Source of the DNA: Calditrichia bacterium
GTDB lineage: Bacteria > Calditrichota > Calditrichia > JAJRVZ01
Assembly (NCBI GenBank): GCA_963796965.1
Contig: CAWCNS010000012.1
Coordinates: forward strand, 32,001 to 96,000
Reading direction: 5' to 3'
DNA length: 64,000 nucleotides
Shown here: one piece after another, positions 55,831 through 64,000 of the stretch
Layout: each line of letters begins with the position of its first letter
Position numbering within the stretch: the stretch's first letter is position 1
The notes under the pieces: generated by a model
Told to the model about the DNA's origin: nothing
Databases searched by the model: none
Seen by the model: the letters and a program-made list of their open reading frames with translations, nothing else
Made by a program: the position numbers and the translations under genes

Positions 55831-57045
55831 ATGAACTTAGAAGGTAAAAAGATTCTTCTGGGTATAAGCGGAGGTATCGCTGCTTATAAAACAGCCGAGA
55901 TGGTTCGCAGCTGGATTAAAAGTGGTGCTGAAGTTGAAGTTATAATGACACCTGCTGCACAAAAGTTTATCACGCCCCTCACATTAGAAACCTTGATCAA
56001 TCGTCAGGTTCATACAGAATTATTTCCTGAATCTCAGTTTAGTGCAACGGTGCATATTGATCTTGCCGATTGGGCAGATATTGTAATTGTTGCACCGGCC
56101 ACTGCTAATACAATTTCCAAAATCAGAATGGGAATTGGAGATGATTTACTTTCTACCGTTTGCCTGGCAGCCTGGCGGAAAACGGTACTGGCACCGGCAA
56201 TGAATTCAAATATGTGGATTAATCCTGCGGTTCAGGAAAATCTGGAGTTATTAAAAAACCGAGGTTATCTTGTTATTGAACCTTCTGCCGGTGATCTGGC
56301 CTGTGGCTATACAGGTATTGGTAGACTACCCGATTTATATATCATAGAGCATTGGTTAAAGTATGCATTGCAAAAAACTAAAAAATTAAAAGGGAAGACC
56401 GTGCTGGTAACTGCCGGGCGCACCGAAGAGGAAATAGACCCTGTACGCCTGCTTACCAACAGATCTTCCGCGAGAATGGGCTATGCCTTAGCCGAACAGG
56501 CCGCTTTTAATGGCGCACGGGTCATTCTGGTCACTGGCCCAAATCAACTCAATCCAATCCCTGGAATTGAAATCCATCAGATAATATCTGCCACGGAAAT
56601 GGAAGAAGTAGTCGCTGATTATATTGAATCTTCAGATATTGTTTTTGCCACATCAGCTGTCTCTGATTACCGACCAAAAGAAGTGCTATTCAGAAAAATG
56701 AAAAAAGATAAAAAGGATTTTAGTTTATCAATGGTACAGAATCCTGATATACTGGCGGGAATTGGAAAATTGAAAGGTAAGAGAATTGTTGTTGGCTTTG
56801 CGGTTGAAACGGATAATGAGGAAGAAAATGCAAAGACAAAGATGCGTGCAAAAAACCTTGATATGATTGTTCTAAACAATCCATCTGAACCGGGCGCTGG
56901 TTTTGGAACGGATACAAATAAGGTGACAGTCTATATTCCCAAGAGAAAGGCCATTAAACTTCCTCTAATGAGCAAATCCGATGTTGCTGCAAGATTAATT
57001 AATGAGGTAGCAAAGATCCTGATTAATCAGAAAAAGAATAAATAA
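55831..57045 (+). CDS. coaBC: Bifunctional PPC decarboxylase/synthetase
   Basis: GGIAAYK, APATAN, PAMN, LACG, TAGRTEEEIDPVR, GFAVET. Confidence 0.96.
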   Translation: MNLEGKKILLGISGGIAAYKTAEMVRSWIKSGAEVEVIMTPAAQKFITPLTLETLINRQVHTELFPESQFSATVHIDLADWADIVIVAPATANTISKIRMGIGDDLLSTVCLAAWRKTVLAPAMNSNMWINPAVQENLELLKNRGYLVIEPSAGDLACGYTGIGRLPDLYIIEHWLKYALQKTKKLKGKTVLVTAGRTEEEIDPVRLLTNRSSARMGYALAEQAAFNGARVILVTGPNQLNPIPGIEIHQIISATEMEEVVADYIESSDIVFATSAVSDYRPKEVLFRKMKKDKKDFSLSMVQNPDILAGIGKLKGKRIVVGFAVETDNEEENAKTKMRAKNLDMIVLNNPSEPGAGFGTDTNKVTVYIPKRKAIKLPLMSKSDVAARLINEVAKILINQKKNK

Positions 57046-57090
57046 AGAGTTTATTGATATCTGTTTCCTGCAGATTTAAAAGTGCGGTGG

Positions 57091-57193
57091 AAATTTTCGC
57101 AATATTGAGAAAATTTGCCTAAAATATTGAAAGTAGAAATTAATATAAATCTAATATAAACAAATATATATGCTGTTTGGCTTTATATTTGCA
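57091..57193 (+). promoter_or_regulatory. Palindromic upstream site plus sigma54 promoter candidate for rnf
   Basis: aaattttcgcaatattgagaaaattt (57091-57116); TTGGCTTTATATTTGCA (57177-57193), GG-N10-GC. Confidence 0.55.
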
Positions 57194-57252
57194 TTTAATA
57201 CATCCTTAATCTAAACCCCAATTACGGTAGACAGATACAAAATAGGAGAAAC

Positions 57253-58590
57253 ATGACGTTGGGATTACCAACTTTTAAAAAGGGTATACATCCTAAAGAC
57301 AATAAGGCCTATACAAATCAGAAGCCAATCGAATTCCTGCCATTACCTGATGAAGTTTTTATTCCTCTTCAGCAACATATTGGTGTAAGTGGCGATGTTA
57401 TAGTGGAAAAGGATGCCGAGGTTAAAACCGGGCAGGTTATTGGGAAAAGTGAAAAGTTTGTTTCTGCCCCGGTACATGCCTCAATAACCGGAAAAGTTAA
57501 GGCGGTTGATCAATTTTTACATCCACTCGGTACAAAGGTGACGATGATCCATATCATAAAAACCTCTGAGGAAGATGAGTGGGAGAAATTGAAAGTTCCG
57601 GAAGATTGGAAATCCACTTCAGTCGATGACTTACGAAATCTAATTTGGAAGGCGGGTATTGTCGGATTGGGTGGCGCGGCGTTTCCTACTCACGTAAAAC
57701 TGGCTCCTCCCCGGGAGAAAAAAATTGATACATTTATTCTCAATGGTGTGGAATGTGAACCTTTCCTTACTGCTGATCACAGGGCTATGTTGGAAATGGG
57801 TGATAAAATTCTGATGGGGATGTCGATCATCATGAAAATTCTCGGCACAGAGAAGGGATATATCGGAATCGAGAATAACAAACCTGATGCCATCGAAATA
57901 ATGAACAAGTTAGTAAAGGATAAATATCCTTCTTTTAAAGTATCGCCTCTAAAGGTTAAATATCCTCAAGGTGCAGAAAAGATGCTGATTGAGGCTATTG
58001 TAAAGCGCAAAGTACCTGCTGGTGGATTACCAATGGATGTGGGGTCAGTTGTTAATAACGTTGGCACGGCCCTGGCAATTGCTACCGCCGTTACAGAGGG
58101 AAAACCACTGGTTGAAAGAATTGTGACTGTGACGGGGGAGGGTATCAATGAACCAAAGAATGTTATGGCGCGTATTGGAACGCCATTCCGGGTTTTAGTA
58201 GATGCTTGTGGCGGGATGAAAGAAACAACAAATCAGGTTTTTATGGGAGGCCCGATGATGGGTTTTTCTCAGACTAATCTTGATGCACCGATTATCAAAG
58301 CAACCAGTGGAATCATATGTCGTGATTCTGTCTCTCCGAAAAAAACTCATGTTTATCCCTGTATCCAATGTGGAAATTGTGTTTCTGTATGTCCGATGAA
58401 TCTACTTCCCACAAGATTGTCTTCCTTTTCAGAAACAACAAAATTGGCAGAGGCAAACGCATATGGAATTTTAAATTGTATCGAATGTGGATCCTGTAGC
58501 TATGTTTGTCCTTCAAAAATTCCTCTGGTGCAATGGATCAGAGTAGGTAAACTTCAGGTTAGCGAAGCAAAACGTAAAAAGGTTGCATAA
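57253..58590 (+). CDS. rnfC: Rnf complex subunit C
   Basis: QHIG, GLGGAAFPTHVK, ECEP, YPQGAEK, two 4Fe-4S motifs. Confidence 0.95.
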   Translation: MTLGLPTFKKGIHPKDNKAYTNQKPIEFLPLPDEVFIPLQQHIGVSGDVIVEKDAEVKTGQVIGKSEKFVSAPVHASITGKVKAVDQFLHPLGTKVTMIHIIKTSEEDEWEKLKVPEDWKSTSVDDLRNLIWKAGIVGLGGAAFPTHVKLAPPREKKIDTFILNGVECEPFLTADHRAMLEMGDKILMGMSIIMKILGTEKGYIGIENNKPDAIEIMNKLVKDKYPSFKVSPLKVKYPQGAEKMLIEAIVKRKVPAGGLPMDVGSVVNNVGTALAIATAVTEGKPLVERIVTVTGEGINEPKNVMARIGTPFRVLVDACGGMKETTNQVFMGGPMMGFSQTNLDAPIIKATSGIICRDSVSPKKTHVYPCIQCGNCVSVCPMNLLPTRLSSFSETTKLAEANAYGILNCIECGSCSYVCPSKIPLVQWIRVGKLQVSEAKRKKVA

Positions 58591-58609
58591 CTAAAGAGAT
58601 AAAAGGTTT

Positions 58610-59752
58610 ATGGAAGAAAAAATTAATTCAGAAGAAAAACCGGAATCACCAAAGGAAAACACAGAGGCTCCGGCAGCTGGAGATGGCGCAGAGAAAACAC
58701 CTGCATCATCAGCAAAGCCTGCGGATGGTGAAGATAAACCAAAGCCCAAGCCGAAACCGGCGGCTAAGGATCCGCGAGATAAATTATATAAGCTTGAAAG
58801 GCCATTAATTCTCTCCTCGTCGCCACACTTTCATTCGGGAGATAGTGTACCTAAAATAATGTGGACGGTGGTAGCAGCATTGATTCCTGCCACTGTGATG
58901 GCGATTTATTATTTTGGTATTCCTGCTCTTATAATGATTGGAGCTTGTGTTGCCACTGCTTTAGTCACCGAAATCATCATGAATAAAATGAAGGGTGAGT
59001 CGCTGACGCTCAATGATGGCAGTGCTGCTATAACAGGTTTGCTCCTGGCATTAACATTGCCTCCCTCCCTCCCTCTCAGTGCCGGAATAATCGGGTCAGT
59101 CTTTTCTATTGCTGTCGGAAAACAAATTTTTGGTGGTCTGGGTTATAATATTTTCAATCCGGCATTATTAGGGCGAGCCTTCCTGCAGGCAAGTTTTCCG
59201 GTGGCGATGACAACCTGGACTTTTCCTGGTACTGAAAAATATGCAAATATTGATGCCGTTACGGCTGCCACCCCGCTAGGACAGTTTAAGTTTGAAAAAG
59301 TTCTAACTGATTACGGTGATTTGTTAACAGGAAATGTCGGCGGTTCATTAGGTGAGACATCAGCATTGGCCGTTATACTGGGTGGTGTGATTTTGCTAGT
59401 AATGAAGTATGCCGATTGGCGTATTCCACTCAGTTACCTTGGTTCGGTATTTCTAATAGGAGGTCTGTTTTGGTATATTGCCCCCGATCAGTATCCGGAT
59501 CCTATATTCCACATGTTGTCGGGTGGTTTAATGTTGGGTGCATTATTTATGGCAACAGATATGGTTACCTCACCAATTACAGCAAGCGGAGCCTGGATAT
59601 TTGGGGCCGGGGCGGGTATTGTTCTTGTGATTATTCGGTTATTTGGTGGTGTTCCGGAAGGTGTTATGTACTCGATCCTTTTCATGAACGGGTTTACCCC
59701 CTTAATTAACCGCTATACACGACCGAAATATTTCGGGGAGGTGAAGTCATGA
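58610..59752 (+). CDS. rnfD: Rnf complex subunit D
   Basis: SSPH, NIFNPAL, DAVTAATPL, MATDMVTSP. Confidence 0.95.
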   Translation: MEEKINSEEKPESPKENTEAPAAGDGAEKTPASSAKPADGEDKPKPKPKPAAKDPRDKLYKLERPLILSSSPHFHSGDSVPKIMWTVVAALIPATVMAIYYFGIPALIMIGACVATALVTEIIMNKMKGESLTLNDGSAAITGLLLALTLPPSLPLSAGIIGSVFSIAVGKQIFGGLGYNIFNPALLGRAFLQASFPVAMTTWTFPGTEKYANIDAVTAATPLGQFKFEKVLTDYGDLLTGNVGGSLGETSALAVILGGVILLVMKYADWRIPLSYLGSVFLIGGLFWYIAPDQYPDPIFHMLSGGLMLGALFMATDMVTSPITASGAWIFGAGAGIVLVIIRLFGGVPEGVMYSILFMNGFTPLINRYTRPKYFGEVKS

Positions 59753-60339
59753 GTACAACCACGAAAATGATCGTCGTGCTGACGGTGTTAACTATGATTG
59801 CCGGTGGGTTGTTGTCATCATGGGATGGTATCACGGCGCCCAGGATAGCAGCTTATAAACTCCAGGAACTTAAAAAGGCCATAAGTGAAGTAATGCCTGC
59901 CTATGAAAATTATGAGGAGATTCAAGGTGAAGGTATGGTACTATATGTTGGCAAAAAATCTGGTGAATCCAATCCCGTTGGCATTGCTTTTCGAGCAGTT
60001 GGGAGTGGATTCCAAGGTAAAATATCTATTATGGTTGGTATGACACCGGATTTTTCTCAGATCACCGGTATTAAAATTCTGGAGCAGATAGAAACACCCG
60101 GATTAGGTACAAAGATTATTATCGATCCAACCAATAAGCAGGATCCACACTGGTTCCCAAACCAGTTTAAAAGTCTGAAGGTGGATCCAAAAATTGAGGT
60201 TGTAAAGAACATGAAGCCTTCGAAACCGACCGAGATTCAGGCGATTACAGGTGCCACTATCTCTTCAAAAGCGGTGGCGAATATAATTAATAGTGAGATT
60301 AAAAAAGCAAAAGCGATTTATCAAACCAAAGTACGATAG
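59749..60339 (+). CDS. rnfG: Rnf complex subunit G
   Basis: ETPGLG, ITGATISS FMN site. Confidence 0.93.
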   Translation: MSTTTKMIVVLTVLTMIAGGLLSSWDGITAPRIAAYKLQELKKAISEVMPAYENYEEIQGEGMVLYVGKKSGESNPVGIAFRAVGSGFQGKISIMVGMTPDFSQITGIKILEQIETPGLGTKIIIDPTNKQDPHWFPNQFKSLKVDPKIEVVKNMKPSKPTEIQAITGATISSKAVANIINSEIKKAKAIYQTKVR

Positions 60340-60347
60340 GTAATTAA

Positions 60348-60962
60348 ATGGCAAAAAAGCAAACAACTATCGGATATGAATTTGTCAAGGGTTTATGGGA
60401 TGAAAATCCTGTATTAAAATCTTTGTTGGGGTTGTGTCCCGTCCTCGCCGTAACAAATTCAGCCATAAATGGATTGGCCATGGGTCTGGCGACGACTTTC
60501 GTTCTTCTCTCATCGAGTATTATTATTGCCTCTGTCCGGAATATTATTCCCAGCCAGGTTCGTATCCCCAGCTTTATCGTTATAATTGCAACATTTGTGA
60601 CGGTTGCTGACCGGTTTTTGGCCGCCTACTTTCCATTGATCAGTAAAGATTTAGGTCCTTATGTACCACTCATTGTTGTTAATTGCGTTATTTTAGGACG
60701 TCAGGAAGCTTTCTCATCAAAGAATTCTGTATTCAGATCAATTCTGGATAGTTCTGGTATGGGCGTTGGCTTTATCCTTGTTTTGATTGCATTAGGAGGC
60801 TTTAGAGAGATTCTCGGATCTGCCAGTTTATTCGGTTTCACCGTCCTGGGTGATTGGTTTGATCCCTGGATGGTCATGATTTTGCCCGGTGGTGCCTTTC
60901 TGGGACTCGGTTTTTTTATTGGTCTTACTAATTGGATAAATGACAGGAGGGCCAAGGCATGA
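60348..60962 (+). CDS. rnfE: Rnf complex subunit E
   Basis: LGLCPVLAVT, PLIVVNC, LPGGAF. Confidence 0.93.
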   Translation: MAKKQTTIGYEFVKGLWDENPVLKSLLGLCPVLAVTNSAINGLAMGLATTFVLLSSSIIIASVRNIIPSQVRIPSFIVIIATFVTVADRFLAAYFPLISKDLGPYVPLIVVNCVILGRQEAFSSKNSVFRSILDSSGMGVGFILVLIALGGFREILGSASLFGFTVLGDWFDPWMVMILPGGAFLGLGFFIGLTNWINDRRAKA

Positions 60963-61539
60963 AATTGATTCTTTTATTTATATCAGCAGCCGTTGTCAAT
61001 AATTTTGTCCTTAGTTATTTCCTGGGAATTTGTCCATTTGTTGGGGTTTCAAAAAAAGTATCTTCGGCGGTAAGCATGGGAATGGCGGTTACCTTTGTAA
61101 TGACGATTACTGCTGCTGTCACCTGGCTGATATATCATCTGATTTTGGTTCCGGCGGAACTGGAAATTCTGGAATACGTATCATTTATATTGGTTATCTC
61201 TTCTCTTGTACAATTGGTGGAGATGTTTGTTAAAAAGATCAGTAAACCTTTATATGATACATTGGGAATTTATTTACCTCTTATAACGACAAACTGTGCA
61301 ATTTTAGGATTGGCCTTATTTTCTGTTTTACGTGAATATGACTTTATAGAAAGTCTGGTTTTCGGTATTGGAGCTGGAGCGGGATTTACGCTAGCTATCG
61401 TTATTATGGCGGGAATTCGTGAAGAACTTGAGTTAGCAAAAGTACCAAAACCATTTGAAGGCGCAGGAATCACAATGATCGTTGCCGCTTCATTAGCACT
61501 CTGGCATTTATGGGTTTTGCAGGACTAATTTCAGTTTGA
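60959..61539 (+). CDS. rnfA: Rnf complex subunit A (C-terminal frameshift near 61500)
   Basis: FLGICPF, LITTNC; corrected end LAFMGFAGLISV. Confidence 0.93.
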
Positions 61540-61550
61540 GTTAAGAATTG

Positions 61551-61692
61551 TCTCACGCGGCGACGCAACGCCGCAGAGAAATATAAAATGACAGAATCAA
61601 ATTATCTTTTAACTAAGTGTAAATAAAGTTTATTTTTGTCTTATTAATTTTTAGGAATAAAAAACGTTGCGACGCCGCGTCGCTGCGTGAGA
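61551..61692. repeat. Inverted pair of GC-rich 8-mer repeat arrays around an AT-rich core
   Basis: tctcacgcggcgacgcaacgccgcag ... gttgcgacgccgcgtcgctgcgtgaga. Confidence 0.8.
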
Positions 61693-61719
61693 ATAAAAAA
61701 AAGCAAAATGAGGATATAA

Positions 61720-62553
61720 ATGGACTTAACTGCTTTAATAATAGCTGTTGTAAGCATGGGCGGATTAGGGATGCTTTTTTCAGCCGGTCTTTCTATCGCT
61801 GATAAAAAATTATATGTTGAAGAAGATCCGCGTATTGCCGAAGTAAATGAAGAATTGCCAGGTGTAAACTGTGGGGGGTGTGGACTGCCAGGCTGTGCTG
61901 CTTTTGCTGAAAGTATTGTTGCCGGAGAATCAGAGATTACCGGCTGTCCGGTCAATACAGAGGAAGGTGCAGAAGCGATTGCTCATATAATGGGTGTCGA
62001 AGTGACAACTTCAGAGCGTCTTTTGGCCCGGGTTTTTTGTCAGGGTGGGGATTATGAAACGGCAAAAAAAGGTGTTTACGATGGCATTGAAACCTGTATC
62101 GCCGCAACATTTGCTGGTGGAGGCGATAAACTTTGTTCCTATGGCTGTATTGGTTTTGCTGATTGTGTCCGTTCATGTCCCTTTGATGCAATGTTTATGA
62201 ATGAGAATGGCCTGCCGGTTGTTATTGATGACAAGTGTACCGGTTGTGGGAATTGTGTTGAGGCCTGTCCGCGGAATTTAATGGAGCTCCATCCGGAAAG
62301 CCATAAACTATTTGTACTTTGTAAAAATGAGGATTCTCCAAAAGAATCACGAAAAATTTGTACCCGTGCTTGTGTGGGTTGTGGTATTTGTGTTCGCCTT
62401 GCCGGAGAAGGTAATATGGAAATGAAGGGCAATCTGGCTGTTGTCAATTACGATATTTATGGCACAGAACCGGTGCTACCAACTGAAAAATGTCCCACTG
62501 ATGGTTTGGTGGTAATCGGTGGACAAATAGTCGAAGAAAAACAGAGCGCCTGA
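61720..62553 (+). CDS. rnfB: Rnf complex subunit B
   Basis: LPGVNCGGCGLPGC and further ferredoxin motifs. Confidence 0.95.
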   Translation: MDLTALIIAVVSMGGLGMLFSAGLSIADKKLYVEEDPRIAEVNEELPGVNCGGCGLPGCAAFAESIVAGESEITGCPVNTEEGAEAIAHIMGVEVTTSERLLARVFCQGGDYETAKKGVYDGIETCIAATFAGGGDKLCSYGCIGFADCVRSCPFDAMFMNENGLPVVIDDKCTGCGNCVEACPRNLMELHPESHKLFVLCKNEDSPKESRKICTRACVGCGICVRLAGEGNMEMKGNLAVVNYDIYGTEPVLPTEKCPTDGLVVIGGQIVEEKQSA

Positions 62554-62554
62554 A

Positions 62555-63001
62555 ATGCAAATGAGTGATTCCGGTTCTGAAAGAGGAGTCGTTACGGCCA
62601 TTCAGGATAATGATGCAATCATTGAATTCTCACTACAAGAGTCCTGTGAATCCTGTGGTGCGCGAATGATCTGCGTTCCGGATAACACAGGTAAACGGAG
62701 ACTTCGGGCGGCTAATCCTTTAAATGCCGGAATTGGCAGCCAGGTCTCTATAACAGAAAAATCTAATTTTCTGCTTCTCGTATCATTCCTTCAATATGGT
62801 CTTCCGCTGATCCTGTTTTTTCTCTTTATATTAATCTTCTATATGAGCAAATTCTCCCTTGGCTCTGTACCAAAGGAACTGATATGGTTTATAGGGGGAC
62901 TTGGAGGACTTTTTATTGGTGCTTTGATCTCCCGACATTTTGTACAACGTCTTTCTGAGAAAGGCGGTAGTTTTTTTGAGATCTCAGAAATCCTCAGATA
63001 A
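62555..63001 (+). CDS. rseC: RseC/MucC-family protein
   Basis: SCESCGARMIC, YGLPL, two TM helices; follows rnfB. Confidence 0.8.
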   Translation: MQMSDSGSERGVVTAIQDNDAIIEFSLQESCESCGARMICVPDNTGKRRLRAANPLNAGIGSQVSITEKSNFLLLVSFLQYGLPLILFFLFILIFYMSKFSLGSVPKELIWFIGGLGGLFIGALISRHFVQRLSEKGGSFFEISEILR

Positions 63002-63193
63002 TTAAATATGATTTGTAGGGGCAGACCCATGGGTTCGCCCCTACATTATCCTACAAAAATCCCATTTAAATTGCAGGATAACCTACCATTTAATAAATTC
63101 TCCTAGTTCTAATCACTGGCTTCCTTAATCAGAGGATTCTATCCGATATAAAAGTCGGACGAAGGCCTGGATTATAAATATTAATATTTAATT

Positions 63194-64000
63194 ATGAATC
63201 CAAAAAACACAGTTACTGCAATTGCGAATGCAAATATTGCCCTGATAAAATATTGGGGTAAACGCGATAGTGCTCTAAATCTTCCTGCTGTCGGATCGAT
63301 ATCATTAACATTGGAATCATTAAAGACAAAAACACGGGTGTCTTATTGTTCAGAACTGGAAAATGACAAACTTTTCATCAATGATGTTCCCGCGACTGGA
63401 AAAGATTTGGATAGAGTTCAGAAGTATATGGCTATAATTCGGCAGAATTATCATATTGATCAATTTGCCCAAATAGATAGTCACAATAATTTTCCAACGG
63501 GTGCCGGGCTGGCATCATCAGCTTCAGCATTTGCCGCCCTAAGTCTGGCTGCCACTTCTGCGGCGGGTACTCATCTTTCCTCTAAAGATCTCTCTATTTT
63601 GTCTCGAAAAGGATCAGGTTCTGCAGCCCGTTCCGTTTATGGTGGTTTTGTAGAGATGAAACTAGGTACACGTTCGGATGGTGATGATGATTATGCCATA
63701 CAATTAGAGCCGTCTACTTACTGGGATTTGCGTCTGTTGATCCTTGTTACATCGAGACAAAAAAAGAGTATTGGATCAACTGAGGCAATGCGTATATGTG
63801 CTGATACATCTCCCTATTATGGTAAATGGATAGAATCTTCCCATAATGATTTAAAATCAATGCGTGAAGCAATTAGATCAAAGGACTTTGAGTTGCTAGG
63901 TGACCTTGCGGAACATAATGCCCTAAAGATGCACTCGGTTATTATGAGTTCCAGGCCACCCGTCATATATTGGAACCGAATGACGATCGAACTTATCCAT
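63194..64000 (+). CDS. mvaD: Diphosphomevalonate decarboxylase (3'-truncated by window)
   Basis: ANIALIKYWGKRD, NNFPTGAGLASSAS, RKGSGSAARS. Confidence 0.93.
   Translation, partial: MNPKNTVTAIANANIALIKYWGKRDSALNLPAVGSISLTLESLKTKTRVSYCSELENDKLFINDVPATGKDLDRVQKYMAIIRQNYHIDQFAQIDSHNNFPTGAGLASSASAFAALSLAATSAAGTHLSSKDLSILSRKGSGSAARSVYGGFVEMKLGTRSDGDDDYAIQLEPSTYWDLRLLILVTSRQKKSIGSTEAMRICADTSPYYGKWIESSHNDLKSMREAIRSKDFELLGDLAEHNALKMHSVIMSSRPPVIYWNRMTIELIH

Overview
AT-rich bacterial chromosomal window; a PorV-like protein and a 'QNYPNPFNP' secretion CTD suggest a Calditrichota/Ignavibacteria-like lineage (inference). Genes are mostly core or metabolic: an AhpD-like + ArsS-type radical SAM pair, thyX, nadA, an M48 protease, tdh-kbl, a GT-C membrane protein, an MFS transporter, tRNA-Ala(GGC), an Rrf2-led suf operon (B,C,D,U,T,S), a hyp cluster (A,B,C,F,D,E) with a divergent MurF-like gene in front and an OmpA-domain gene inside, an NtrC regulator, dnaE-dtd-PASTA-rpe, yicC-gmk-coaBC, rnfCDGEAB-rseC and a partial mvaD. 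About a dozen genes carry small frameshifts that are most likely assembly indels. Intergenic DNA is packed with several nested short-repeat families. The best leads are: (1) a catalytically rewired MurF paralogue abutting hypA; (2) a 4-copy structured element with compensatory base changes; (3) a 170-bp TIR element inserted in frame inside a signal peptide; (4) inverted 8-9-mer repeat cassettes possibly linked to a GxxExxY nuclease-fold gene; (5) a candidate sigma54-driven GGA-rich sRNA. No database searches were run, so novelty is unverified.
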